From NCBI RefSeq assembly GCF_020745735.1, contig NC_083447.1:21780755-21844754 (forward strand): a DNA stretch of 64,000 bases. Direction: 5' to 3'. Position 1 is the first letter of the stretch. Each line of letters begins with the position of its first letter. The notes under the pieces are model-generated. The model worked only from the letters and a program-made list of their open reading frames with translations, ran no database searches and was not told the DNA's origin. Of the stretch, positions 9,941 through 23,344 are shown one piece after another. The DNA comes from Hemiscyllium ocellatum. Its lineage: Eukaryota. The translations under genes were made by a program, and so were the position numbers.

Positions 9941-10244
9941 GGCACGGTGGCACAGTGGTTAGCACTGCTGCCTCACAGTGCCAGAGACCCGGGTTCAATT
10001 CCCGCCTCAGGTGACTGACTGTGTGGAGTTTGCACGTTCTCCCCATGTCTGCGTGGGTTTCCTCCGGGTGCTCTGGTTTCCTCCCACAGTCCAAAGATGT
10101 GCGGGACAGGTGAATTGGCCATGCTAAATTGCCCGTAGTGTTAGGCAAGGGGTAAATGTAGGGGTATGGGTGGGTTGTGCTTCGGCGGGTCGGTGTGGAC
10201 TTGTTGGGCCGAAGGGCCTGTTTCCACACTGTAAGTAATCTAAT
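9941..10244 (+). mobile_element. HE1-type SINE, full length
   Basis: tRNA-like head GGCACGGTGGCACAGTGGTTAGC..GGGTTCAATTCC and tail CCTGTTTCCACACTGTAAGTAATCTAAT. Confidence 0.92.
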
Positions 10245-11459
10245 AACGAATTGATTTGCAGATTTGTGTGAAGAGGACCCCAGTAGATACAAGAAATGAT
10301 TATTAGAAGTAACTATGAGACCCGGGTTTAAGGTCCATGTGCTGCAGTGTTGAATAATAACCTCTGTGGAAAGGTTGATAAGAAAATGTCTTGAGTCAGC
10401 ACTGGACAGGATAGGCTTCCACAACGCTGAGCCTCCCAGTGTACCTTGATATTCTGCATGCTGTCAGACAGAGTGGAATTCCTAATGAATTTATTGCTCT
10501 CTGTAATAACCTTGAGTACATATTGTTTTCCTGGGACGGTTTCTCTTAATTAAGATAGCCTGACAGGCTATTCTTCTGCTGGGACAGGAGAACACATTTA
10601 TTACAATGCATCTTCTAGTCACAAGACATTACAAGAAATCATACATTTACTCACATATTAACTTCCTGTCATTTGTACCTTCCATCGCCTGATCAGCTGC
10701 CTCAGTTAAACATCAAATCAATTAATTAATTTCCAACAATTTTAAAATCTTTCTTTTCAAGTGATCCAAATACTTTGTTGTCCTGTCTAAATTCAGCTGA
10801 AGCTACAACTGCCTAATGAATTACCTGATTTCTCTGTTCAAACTACAATGAGACGCTCTTTATGATGATGTTTAAAACATCCTTCAGTAATTTCCCATTT
10901 CTCTTAGCTGTTACAAAATGGCTATCAGTCATTCTTTGCTGGTCTCTCTCACTCATCTGTTCATTTCCCTGCATTTTAAAAGAAGATATTATCTATCCGT
11001 GTGAACTTGCAAAGTTCTTAGAACTTGCAAAATTATTTCAGGGCCTTTCGGAGAATTAAATTTATATTTTTCTTTAAACAAATCAATCCTTATCTTCATA
11101 TCACAGAAATCAACTGTCCAAGCTTCCCCACCATGTGCAAAATGTTTCTCCAATGTCTTGACTTGACAACAATGCAGTTTTGAAAAAATGTTTTTATTGG
11201 TTTCAATTCATTTATGCCTGTTTATGCTTCTCACTAAACATTCCACAGGTGTTAATACCCATTGCCTCTGTAGCTTGCATTTCTGTAAAACCATTAATGC
11301 AGCATAGCTTTCTATATTTCATTGAAATTTCCCCTGGGTTGCACAGAGGGCAATCTCTAACATTCGCAATCTTCTCTAACTTACACCTCCCACAGCACAG
11401 CACTGGAACAGAGTCTTTGGCCCACCACATTTGTGACGATAATGGTACCATTCTAAACT

Positions 11460-12790
11460 AATCCCATTTTCCTGCATATGGTCCATATCACTCTATTTCC
11501 TGTCTATGTGTCTGACAAAATGCTTCTTAAACTTTGCAAACCTACCTGTTTCTACTACTTCCTCTGGGAGCATGTTCCAGGAATCCGCCATCCTTTGCAT
11601 GTAAAACCTTCTTCGTGTATCTCCTTTTAACTTTCTCTCTTTCACCTTGAGCCTATGCGCCCTAGTATTTCCATCCTGGGGGAAAAGGGTCTGACTATCC
11701 ACTCTATCTACAGCTCTCAAAATTTTATAAGCTTGTATCAGGTTAACCCTCAGCCTCAGACATCTCGTGAAAATGCCCACTTTTGTCCAGCCTCTCCTGA
11801 TAGCTAATACACTCCAATCCAGGCAACATCCTAGTAAACCTCTTTTGCACCCTCTCCAAAGCCTTCACATTCTTCCTCTAGTGTGGTGACACAATATTCC
11901 AAATGTGGCCTAACTAAAGTTTTATACAGCTGCAATATGACTTGCCAATTTTTATATTTGATTCCTCGATGAAGAAGGGTTACACCCAAACCGTTGACTT
12001 TTCCACCTCCTGAAGCTGTCTGGCTTGCTGTGTTCTTCCAATCTCCTGCTTATCTACCTTTAGTGGATGAAGACGAACATGCTGTATCCCTCCTTTCCCA
12101 CCTTATCCACTTGTGTTGCCACTTTCAGGGAGCTATGGACTTGGATCACAAGATCCCTCTCCATAAGGGAAGTCTACCCTGACAAACCTTGCCAAATGCT
12201 TTAGTAAAATCCGTGCACACAATATCCACTGCCCTACCCTCATCAATCATCTTTGTCACTTCCTCAAAAACACAATCAAATTTGTGAGACAGGACCCCCT
12301 TTGCATAGAGCCAAGCTGACTATCCCCAGTAAGCCCATTCTTCTCCAAATGCACATAGATCCTTTTCCTAAGAATCTTCTCCAAACGTTTTCCAACTACT
12401 GATGTAAGACATACCACCCTATAAATTCCTAGATTATCCCTGCTGCCCTTCTTAAATAAAGGAGAAGCATTGGCTAATCTCCAGTCTTCTGAGACCTGGC
12501 TTAGGCGAAAGAAGATACAAAACCCTCTGTCATGGTCCCAGTAATCTCCTCCTTTGCATCCCTGTGTATCCTGAGTTGGATCCCATCAGGCCCTGGTGAC
12601 TTACCTACTTTAATGTTTTTCAGGACACCAACACCTCCACATTTTTAATATCAATGTGCCACAGAGTATTAACAAACTCCTGTCTAAACATTCCATCATC
12701 CATGTCCTTCTCTGTAGTGAATACTGATGTGAAGTACTCATTAAGGAGCTCACCCACTTTCTCAGTGTTAGGGAAAGCTGTTCAAGATGA
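11460..12790 (-). mobile_element. CR1 LINE fragments (RT and 3' end)
   Basis: ORF 11493-11780 (NLIQAYKILRAVDRVDSQ..TRAHRLKV) plus upstream RT-like remnants. Confidence 0.75.
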
Positions 12791-13289
12791 GTCGCAAGTC
12801 CCAGATTAGCAGCACACATCAACCTTTACTTGGAGCTCTTACCATGCAGCATGGACCATTCTGCCTTTTCCAGGTAAATACAGCATTTTTGTAATTTCTC
12901 ATTACAAAACTTACACTGAGGTTATTGGTAGTCACGTACCCCTAATCTATACATCCAAACCTGTAAACAATCAATCAATGATGGACACCTCTATGGACAG
13001 CCCTATGGACATCCCATGATCTCCTGATGTTCACCAAGACGGCTTTATCATCTGTCCTTGGGCCCTTACAATGCATCCCACTAATTTATATTCCAATGCT
13101 GGCAGGTATATTTCTTCCTAAATGTTTGTCAGCTGCATCATCGCCAACAAATTAGACACTTGCTTATTTCAAAGGACTCTTCTAATTCCATCATTCATAG
13201 CATTCCCTTCTATCCTTATTATAAGAGATATGAAAAGATACTAATTTCTGCTAATTGCTATAAAATTCGTAATATTAGTTCCAATGTAA

Positions 13290-13878
13290 AGTTGTCACTT
13301 ACAGAATTAAGGAGAACCCCAAAGCCTTTTATTCATACATAAGAAGCAAGAAAATAACTAGATAAAGCATTGGTCCACTAAAAGGTCAGGAAGGAAGCTT
13401 GTGTGTTGAACGTGAGAAAATGGGTGAGATTCTCAATGATTACTTCACATCAGTGTTCACTGAGGAGAGGGACATGATGAATGTTGAGATTAGGGATAGC
13501 CTTTTGTTTTCTCTGGATCACGTTGACATAAGGAGGGAGGATGTGTTGGGTAGGCTAAAGGACATTAAGGTGGATAAATTCCCAGGACCAGATGGGATCT
13601 ATGCCAGGTTGTTGAGGGAGGTGAGAGAGCTAGGGCCCTGAAAGATATCTTTGTAGCATTCTTAAACACAGGTGAAGTTCCGGATGACTGGGGAGTTGCT
13701 GATGTTGTCCTCCTCTTCAATAAAGTGTAGTAAGGATATTCCAGGTAACTACAGACCAATGAGTCTGACTTCAGATACTGAGGGATAGGATCTATTTATA
13801 TTTGGAAGAGAATGTGCTTATTGGTGAGAGGCAACATGGTTTTGTGCTGGGGAGATCGTGCCTTACCAAATTAATAGA
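13290..13878 (+). mobile_element. CR1 ORF2 fragment
   Basis: ORF 13399-13641 (EILNDYFTSVFTEE..DKFPGPDGIYARLLRE). Confidence 0.8.
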
Positions 13879-14168
13879 TTAGATAACTTACAGGCCCTTT
13901 GGCCCAACAGGTCCACACTGTCCAACTGAAGCACACCCACCCAGACCAATTCCCCTACACCTAACGCTACAGGCAATTTAGCATGGCCAATTCACCTAAC
14001 CTGCACAGTTTTTGACTGTGGGAGGAAACCGGAGTACCCAAAGGAAACCCATGCAGACACAGGGAAAATATGCAAACTCCACACAGTCAGTCGTCTGAGG
14101 CAGGAATTGAACCCAGGTCTCTGGTGCTGTGAGGCAGCAGTGCTAACTGCTGTGCCACCATGCTGCCC
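13875..14168 (-). mobile_element. HE1-type SINE
   Basis: Reverse complement of the same head, body and tail. Confidence 0.9.
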
Positions 14169-14170
14169 AC

Positions 14171-14400
14171 AATCCAAATCCACTGTCTAAACCTATTGCC
14201 CAACTCCTAAGGATCTGTATCCCTCTGCTCCCTACCTACTCGTGCATCTGTCACGCATCTATTAATTTGGTAAGATACGATCTCCCCAGCACAAAACCAA
14301 ATTGCCTATCATCAATGAGCCCATTCTGTTCCAAATGTAAATAGATCCTATCCCTCCGTACCTTCTCCAGAAACTTTCCAACCAATGAAGTCAGTCTCAC
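14171..14400 (-). mobile_element. Internally deleted CR1 fragment, inverted relative to 13290-13878
   Basis: ORF 14251-14451 (LTSLVGKFLEKVRRDRIYLHLEQNGLIDDRQFGFVLGRSYLTKLI) joined directly to a 3' UTR-like piece. Confidence 0.7.
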
Positions 14401-15299
14401 CCCCCCACCCCCGCATGGCCTGCTGCAGGCAGAGACTGTGATGTTTGGCATTTTAACCGATGGTATTACTGTGAACAGCTGTAATGTAACTTTTTCTTCA
14501 TTTCTTTATTCTGTAACTAAGGACTGTACTTAGGTATGCTGTCCGTAAGATGGTACTGTGAGTGGTGATTTATAAACTTTTACTGCATTCATTTGAGTAC
14601 ACGTGACAAGAAAAAGTCGATTATAGAAAAAGTTATATGGCTAAGTATACTGAACCTACTCTAAATATTTCTACACTAACTTTTTTTATCTTAAAAAGAC
14701 AACATCTACTCAAATTCCATTTATAAGACTGAAATTCAATCACGTTCACAACTCAAGAAGCATTTTTAAATTCCTAACGTTTTACAAGATATAAGCCCCC
14801 ACTGTTTATTTTCTCGCAGTCAAGCTAGTGTTCTTTAGCGGTTATCTGTTTTCTCCTTTTCTTGTTCAATTCCTCTTGTTGATGGGATTGTGACTCCTCT
14901 CCACCACCTTTGTTTGAAAGAATTCAGCCAAATTTCTGAATGCTTAGTTGTAGATTGTATTTTTTAATTATTTCTTGATACTCAGTTACCTGAAGAGTGT
15001 GTTGTGGGATCATAGTTTTCTTTTTAATCTTGCAAACTTCAAACTTTGGATTATCTGTTCCTAAACATTTTTTGTCAGACTGGCTATTACAAACTTCTGC
15101 AGCTGTGGGTTTGTACAAAACTGTTTGTATGTTAATTTGTAAGTTCTATCTGGACCTTGTTATTTTGGAATTACCTTATTCACAAAGTTACAATTGTCCT
15201 AACTTATGATCTAACTTTATTACTGAACTGAACAAGCTATTTCTATTGCTACAGCTAAAAAATCTTGTCCGCCATCTTTTTGTCAACTAAGAATTGTGG

Positions 15300-16990
15300 G
15301 TGGCCATTTTGCGTCACATCTGGCCATGGGCTGCTCCAACTCTCCAGCTCCACACACAATGTCTGTCCTTTGTACTTGAGTGGACCTACCCTTTCCCGAC
15401 TTACCCTCCCACTCCTTACGTACATATAAAATGTCTTGGGATTCTCCATATTCCTCATTGCTGATGACATTTCATGGCCCCTTCTATCCCTCCCAATTCC
15501 TTGCTTTAGTGGATGGCACAGTAGCACAGCAGTTAGCACTGCTGCCTCCGAGACCCAGGTTCAATTCCTGACTCAGGCGACAGACTGTGTGGAGTTTGCA
15601 CATTCTCCCCGTGTCTGTGTGGGTTTCCTTTGGGTACTCCTGTTTTCTCCCACACTCCAAAGATGTGCAGGTCAGGTGAATTGGCTATGCTAAATTGCCT
15701 GTAGTGTTAGATGAGGGGTAAATGTAGGGGTATGGGTGGGTTGTGCTTGGGCGGGTCGGTGTGGGCTTGTTGGGCCGAAGGGCCTGTTTCCACACTGTAA
15801 GTAATCTAATCCTTTTCTGTTTCCTTTACACTCCTCAAAAGCCTTGTTTGATATAAGTTTCTTAGACTTTACAATTTCTTCCTTTTTCTTTTTGACTAAA
15901 CTTTTAAACATCTCTTTTTATCAAAGATTCCTGAACATTGCCATTCTTATCTCTCATCCTCATAGGAGCGTGCTGATCCTAAACTCTGACCTTTATAAGA
16001 TTCCCATATGTCAGATGGGAATTTGCTCCCTCTATCAGCTGCCCCGGATATAATTTCTTTTGTTCCTGCTTTGTAATTAGCCTTTGCCCAGTTTAGTACT
16101 TTCGCCTGAAGACCAGTCTTATTCTTCTCCATAACTCTGCCAGAATTATGATCACTGTTCCTTAAATGCTTCCCAACTGAAACTCTGACCACCTGGCCAG
16201 ACACATCCAGCCGTGCAAGCTCTAATATGGTGTCTTACTTCATTATCTATGTTTCATGGGACCCTCTTGGATGCACCTAACAAATTCTACCCCATCTAAG
16301 CGCCAAGGGAGCCCCAATCAATAGTGGGTAGGTTGAAATCACTCACTACAATAACCCTGTTGTTTTTATTTTGTTTCATGACCTGCTTACATATCTGTTC
16401 CTCTAGCTGCTGCTGGCTATTGGGAGGTCTACAATATAATTCCAGAATAGTGAGTATACTTTTCCTCTTCTTAAGTTCTACCCATATTACCTCACTGGAT
16501 GAACCTTCCAAAATGTTCCCTCTTAGAACAGCTGTGTTATTCTCTATATTCAGTCATGCAACTTCCCCATTCCTCTTATATCTCCCTCTGTCTCATTTGA
16601 GACATCTTAACCCGAAAACATTGAGCTGTCAGTCCTGGCCTTCTCTCGAAAAAGTTTCTGTAATGGCTAACAATTCATAATCCCAGGTACTAATCCAGGC
16701 TTTAAATTCATCTGCCTTATCTATTATACTCTTTGCATTACAATCAATGCATTGCAGACTGTCAGTCCTGCAATGTCCATTAACCTGGCAATGCGTCTTC
16801 TCCTCTTAAGACTTATTTGACTTAACCTGTGCCTTCTTCTTAATCACTCCACATGCTGACCTACTGCGCTGGTGCCTACTCCCTGTCACACTGGTTTAAA
16901 CTCTCCCAAATGGCACCAGTAAAACTGCCTGCAAGGAGATTGGTGCTCCACCTGTTCAGGTGCAACCCATCCTTCTTTGACAGATCCTAT
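15300..16990 (-). mobile_element. CR1 LINE 5' ORF2 (endonuclease) fragment, split by a SINE
   Basis: ORFs 16296-16511 (VIWVELK..YCRPPNS..VSDFNLPTIDW) and 15255-15539 (ENPKTFYMYVRSGRVSRERVGPLK). Confidence 0.8.
15511..15810 (+). mobile_element. HE1-type SINE nested in CR1
   Basis: Same head, body and tail as the other copies. Confidence 0.9.
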
Positions 16991-19900
16991 GTTTTGGAGT
17001 CTCCCGTTTGCAGACTCCAGCTGCTTCCCCTTTATCATGGCTGTGCAATCCCGTTACACGTCCATCCCCCATCAGGATCATTTCAGGACTCTCCACTTCT
17101 TCCTGGAGCAAAGGCCTGAACTGTGCCCACACCCTGCCACCTCCTCTGCCTGGCCGAGCTCGCCCTCACCCTAAACAACTTCTCGTTTTAACTCCTCTCA
17201 TTTTCTTCAGCTCAGAGGGGAGGCCATGGGGACACGCATGGATCCTCCTGGCTAGATCGTTGTCCCCTCCTTTGTCCAATTGTTCTTCTCTGTCTTTGGG
17301 CTTTGTCCCCACCTATCATTCACTCCTTACCTCCTTCCACCACCCTTTCTCCCACATAAAAAAACGACATCTTCCTAGCTCCCATCAGTTCTGAGGAAGG
17401 GTCACTGGACCTGAAATGTTAACCATGATTTCTCATCACAGATGCTGCCAAATCTGCTGAGCTTTTCCAGCACTTTCTGCTTTGGTTTCTGATTTACCTT
17501 ACCACAGCTCTTTTGGATTTTATTTAGTATTTTACTCACTCCCTTAGCTCTTCTGGGCATGCCCACCTTGAAGAAGTTCTGCTCCTCTCTCTGATGGGAC
17601 TTCCAATCCAATCTTTTCTCTTGCCAGCTGTCATTAATTTCACTGTCACTCCTGGTGTTTGACCAGGTATTTGTTAAAACCTGTTTCCACAGTCACATCA
17701 CATTCCTCAGTGAGTCACCCCATGTAGGTTCATCCCTCATACTTTGAATCCAGCCAGGATCATGGGTATCTCTGCAATGTTCAATATTGCACAGACAGCT
17801 ACTCCCGCTGCATCCTGAGATCCGCACTTAGTGCCATGTGTCGTCACTTGCGCATTCTCAATCCCTGTCTCCAACAGCATAACATCACACTGGCTCAGGG
17901 CTGCACCACTCTGCAATTCCACCTCCTCCCCCAGCTCCTTCACCGTGCTAACAATAAATTATTTATTTTCCTTTCAGGCATCAAGGCCCGCAAAATGCAA
18001 CAACTCAGTCAGACCCATGACCCTCTGGAACCTTCCTCCCCTCCCCTTCCCTCTGACTCCCTCACCTTCTCAACACCACCTCCTGTTGGATATTCATCAT
18101 TCTTCATGATGTTCCGCACTCTGATGCTGAACGTTATGTACTCAGCAAAGTTGTCTTTGCCTCTATGCCCATTTCTTTGGGCAACAGTCCTCTCCTCTTC
18201 CCATAGTACCTTCACCCACCCCCTCCAACACTCTCCCTCCACCTTGACCCCTCCCTTTGGTCTTCTCCCTGCACTCTATCTGTTCACTGAGAACTGTCGA
18301 TGTGACATTGGCCACCTCAGTTTCTGTGCCCCAAACTGAGTACACTCTGAGTGCTCAGATCCAACCCCGACTTTGTTAGGGTGGTGCTGTTGTAGTCTGA
18401 AATATTGACCCTTGCATTGCAGAGGCGAAGGGCCAGCTCTCAGATACTTCCTTCTATCTCCCTCTGGACCGTGACCCCACCATGGAACATCAGGCATTAT
18501 ATCTACAATGGTCACTAACCTTTTTTCATCTGATGATCCCCCCTCCCCCCACTGCCTCCAAACTGACAGTATCCCAGCCCCGCACAGCTTGCTTCTACCT
18601 CTATTCGAAAATCCTGGGTGGACCCATTGTTTCCATCTCCTCCTCCCCCATAGAACCCATCTCTTCCGACTTTGACTGGATCTTTTCTGCCCTGGTCCAG
18701 TCCTTGCCAACTTACATCCACAATTCCTCTATTGCTTTATGTCCATTTTGGAATTTCCAGTTTGCAGGCTACAGCCACCTCCCCTTTACCATAGCAGTGC
18801 AAACCCTTTATACGTCCATCCTCCAACAGGATGGTCTCAGGCTCTCTGCTTCTTCCTGGAGCAAAGGTCTGAACCATCGCCACCTACCAGCACCCTCCTC
18901 TGCCTGGCCAAGCTCATCCTCATCCTCAACAACTTTTCTTTTAACTCGTCTCATTTCCTTCAGGTCACAGGGGAGGCCCTGGTTATGCCTGTATCTTTGT
19001 GGAGTATATGGAACATTCCTTGCTCCAGTCCTCTTCAGGCACCCACCAACAACTGTTTCTCTAATATATCAGTGATATCATTGGTGCCGATTTCCTCTCA
19101 CATCCAGAAACGGAAAGGTTTATCAATTTCGCGTCTAGTTTCCAAACCGCCCTCACTTTCACCTGGTCCATCTTTGACTCCTCCCTTCCCTTACTCAACA
19201 TCCCGGTTTCTATTTCTGATTTTGACTGCCCACTATAAACCCACCAACTGCCATAGTTACCTGGACTATACATCCTCACACCTTACTTCCTGTAAAGACT
19301 CTATTCCATTCTCTCAATTCTTCTGTCTCTCTGACACACATATTCCAACGAGGCCAACTTCCACAAGTGAGCCTCCAGAATGTTAATCTTCTTCCTCAGC
19401 TGATGATTCCTCAGCACTGTTGTTGACAGGGCCTTCAGCTGGGTCTGACCCATCTCCCACATTTTGGCCCTCACCCCCTCCCTCCCACAAAAGCGATAGG
19501 TTTCCCCTTGTTCTTACCTACCATCCCACCAGCAGCCACATTCAGAAGATTATTATCTGCCATTTCCGCCACCTCCAGTGAGGTGCCACCATCATGTACA
19601 TGTTCCCATCCCCTCGCTTGTCTGTCTTCCGGGGGTCTGTTCCCTCTGGGACACCCTGGTCCACTTTTCCTTCACTCCCAACACCCACTTAGCCCCACTC
19701 CTCCCATAGCTCCTTGGTACCTTCTCCTGCAATCTCTGAAGGTGTTACACCTGCCCATTTACCTCCTCAGTATCTAATATACTTTCCAGATGAAGCAATG
19801 TTTTACCTGCACTTCACACAGCTTGTCCATACAATGTGGACTTCATTACATTGGGGAAACAAAGGGTAAACTGGGTGATGCCTCCACAGAACACCTGCCC

Positions 19901-20430
19901 CCTGAGCTTCCAGTTGCCTGTCAGTTCAACACACCACCCTGTTCCCTGGCCAATATCTCTCCCTCAGCCTTGCTGCAGTGCTCCAACAAAGCTCAGCATA
20001 AACTGCAGGAAAACACCTCATTTTCCAGTTGGGGACCCTGCAGCATTCTAGATTCAACTTCAGGGCTTGAACTCTCTTATGTCCCTACCCCAACCCCACA
20101 CACGAGGCCTTGTTATCACATATTCTGTTATTACACACAACGCATTGTTAGCCACAAACAGTCTCCACTAACAGCAATTCATCCTCCTAGCCAGGATTGT
20201 TATCCACTCCTTTGTCTGTCCAACAGTTTTTCTCTCTCTTTGGGCACTATCCCCATGTATTGTTTACTCCTTATCCCTCTACCCACCCTACCTCCTGCAT
20301 AAAAACCAACATTTTCCAAGCTACCATCAGTTCTGAGGAAGGGTCATTGGATTCAAAACATTAACTGTGATTTCTCTTCAAATAAGTTGCCAGACGTGCT
20401 GAGCTTTTCCAGCAATTTCTATTTTTATTT
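16990..20430 (+). mobile_element. Decayed Penelope-like element in partial tandem array (partial RT - pLTR - N-terminal/RT/GIY-YIG - pLTR)
   Basis: Direct repeats at about 17385-17520 and 20325-20430. The RT segment 16995-17260 is duplicated at 18755-18990, with AMGTRM-like RT motif A/B remnants and GLHYIGETK (GIY-YIG) in ORF 19790-20302. Confidence 0.7.
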
Positions 20431-20572
20431 ACAGGTCCCACCTGTCCTGGAAGTAATCCCAATCATCTAGATATCTGAAGCCACCCTTCCTACACAAGCT
20501 CTTTAGCCCCTGCATTCAATTATGTTATCTTCCTACTTTTGGCCTCACTCGCACTGGCACAGGAAGTATATG

Positions 20573-20893
20573 GTCAGCACGGTGGCACAGTGGTTAGCAC
20601 TGCAGCCTCACAATGCCAGAGACCCGGATTCATTTCCCACCTCAGGTGACTCTCTGTGTGGAATTTGCACATTCTTTCTGTGTCTGCGTGGGTTTCCTTC
20701 GGGTACTCCAGTTTCCTCCCACAATCCAAAAATGTGCAGGTTAGGTGAATTGGCTATGGTAAATTGCCCGTAGTGTTAGGTGAAGGGGTAAATGTGGGGG
20801 AATGGGTCTGAGTGGGTTGCGCTTCGGCGGGTCGGTGTGGATTTGTTGGGCCGAAGGGTCTGTTTCCACACTGTAATAAAACCTAAATCTAAA
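20573..20893 (+). mobile_element. HE1-type SINE
   Basis: Same head, body and tail, moderately diverged. Confidence 0.9.
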
Positions 20894-21980
20894 AGTAATC
20901 CTGAGATTACAACCCTGGAGGTCTACTTTTCAACTTCTTACTCAACTCCCTAAATTCCATTTGCAGGACATCATCTCTGTTTCTGCCATGTTGTTAGTAT
21001 CAATATGGACAACGATCTCTGGCTTCCTACCATCTCCTTTCAGAATATTACGTGCCCACTCTGAAACATCTATGACCCTGGAATCAGGAAGGGAGAAGGT
21101 TGTGGGAAGAAACTATTTGTGTCTCTGGGTGCTTCTGTCCCGTGGCATACCACAGCGATTAGTACTGGATCTCTTATTGTTTGTGATATAGATATTGAAG
21201 AAAATAGGGCAGCAGAGTAAGCAATGCAGTGTTCTGGCTCCTGAGCCCTGGAGCTTGAACACTCCATCCATTCTTCCCTCTTATTACCTTCTTTCTCATT
21301 TTTAAAAAAACTTTTAACTGATGGTGGAGTAATGCTCTTGAGCCCAAGGCTCATTCGGTCTGTCTGCTTTTCTTTTTGTTTCCTTTTTTTTCTCTTTACT
21401 TATGTGTCTTTTTTAATCTTTCACTCACCTCTTGGAGGTGGCAAGTGATCTCCACATGAGTCCAGTGTGGAATCGAGTGAGGCGCTTACTTTTCTGGGGC
21501 AAGCGCAGGAACTGGCATTGGAATCAGCAGCTGTTTTATTGGTGGAGACAACATCAGTGAGGTGGGCCCAGTGGCGAGAGATGGCGCCTGAGGATTGGCA
21601 ACATTTTTATTGGTTGGGTCTGGTGCTGATGGTGGGAAAGCAGTTGCAGATTGGCCATCATGTTTACATTGATGAGGTGGGCCCAGTAGCAAGACATGAG
21701 ATTCCAACATTTGTGGGTCCGTGCATGTAACAGTAAGGCGGTGGTGCAGGAGAATTGGCCCAGCAGTGAAAGATGGTGCCTGGAGAGTGGCAACCTCAAC
21801 ATCGGTTGGGTCCGGTGAGGGTAGCTGTGAGGTGGTGGGGTAACGATAGCGATGCAGGCGTTATTGACAATGAGCAGACTGAGGATAGATGCAAGCTCAG
21901 AGCAACAGAAGGACCATGGGATGCTTGTTTACAGATCCCTGAAGGCATCAGGTCATGTTAATAGGGTCATTAAGAAGACA

Positions 21981-22298
21981 GAGCGGCACGGTGGCACAGT
22001 GGTTAGCGCTGCTGCTTCACAGCGCCAGGGACCCGGGTTCATTTCCCGCCTCAGGCGACTGACTGTGTGGAGTTTGCACATTCTCCCCGTGTCTGCGTGG
22101 GTTTCCTCCGGGTGCTCCGGTTTCCTCCCACAGTCCAAAGATGTGCAGGGCAGGTGAATTGGCCATGCTAAATTGCCCGTAGTGTTAGGTAAGGGGCAAA
22201 TGTAGGGGTATGGGTGGGTTTCGCTTCGGTGGGTCAGTGTGGACTTGTTGGGCCGAAGGGCCTGTTTCCACACTGTAAGTAATCTAATCTAATCTAAT
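21981..22298 (+). mobile_element. HE1-type SINE, near-consensus, inserted in CR1
   Basis: Intact head and (TAATC)n tail. Confidence 0.92.
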
Positions 22299-22299
22299 A

Positions 22300-23340
22300 A
22301 TCCAACAGAGGTTGGTTGTGGAAGGTTGCCTTTCGGACCGAACATCTGTGACCAGTGGGCTTCCACATGGATTGGTGCTGTCATTTATAGAAATGTTTGA
22401 ATGAAAACATAGGAAATATAGTTAGTAAGTTTGCAAATGACACCAAAATTGGAGGTGTAGTGAATGGCAAAGAAGATTACCTCAAAGTACAACGGGATCT
22501 TGCTCAGATGGGCCAATAGGCTGAGGAGTGGCAGATGGGGTTTAATTTAGAAAAATGTGAGGTGCTGCATTGTGGAAAAGCAAATCTTAGCAGGGCTTAG
22601 ACACTTAATGGTAAGGTCCTAGGAAATATTGCTGAACAAAAAGACCTTCAAGTGCAGGTTTATAGTTCCTTGAAAGTAGAGTCACAGGTATATAGTACCA
22701 TGAAGAAGGCGTTTGGTATGCTTTCCTTTTATTGGTCAGAACATTGAGTATAGGTGTTCGGAGGTCATGTTGTAGCTGTACAGGATGTTGGTTAGGCTAC
22801 TTTTAGAATATTGCATGCAGTTCTGGTCTCCTTCTTATTGGAAGGATGTTGTGAAACTTGAAAGCGTTCAGAAAACATTTACAAGGATGTTGCCAGGGTT
22901 GGAGGATTTGAGCTATAGGGAGAGGCTGAATAGGCTGGGCTGTTTTCCCTGGAGCATCAGAGGCCGAGGGTTGACCTTCTAGAGGTTTATAAAATCATGA
23001 GGCTCATGGATAGGATAAATAGACCAAGTCTTTGCCCTGGACTGTGGGAGTCCAGAACCAGAGGACATACATTTAGGGTGAGAGGGGAAAGATATAAAAG
23101 GGACCTAAGGGGCAACTTTTTCATGCAGAGGGCAGAATGATCTTCAAGAGGCACTGACGGAGGTTGATACAATTGCAGCATTTAAAAGGCATCCAGATGG
23201 GTGTATGAATAGGAAGGATTTAGAAGGTTGTGGGCCAAGTGCTGGCAAATGGGACAAGATTGGGTTGGGATATCTGGTCAGCATGGATGCATTGGACCAA
23301 AGGTTCTGTTACCATGCACTATCTCTCTATGATTCTATAT
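22300..23340 (+). mobile_element. CR1 RT and 3' end
   Basis: FANDTKIGG, ORF 22785-22982 (LEYCMQFWSPSYWKDVV) and a tail ending CTCTATGATTCTAT. Confidence 0.85.
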
Positions 23341-23344
23341 GGGA

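Noticed and set aside
9941-10020. tRNA genes at SINE heads
   Set aside because: A/B-box-like heads run straight into the SINE body and tail in all copies, with no complete cloverleaf or terminator.
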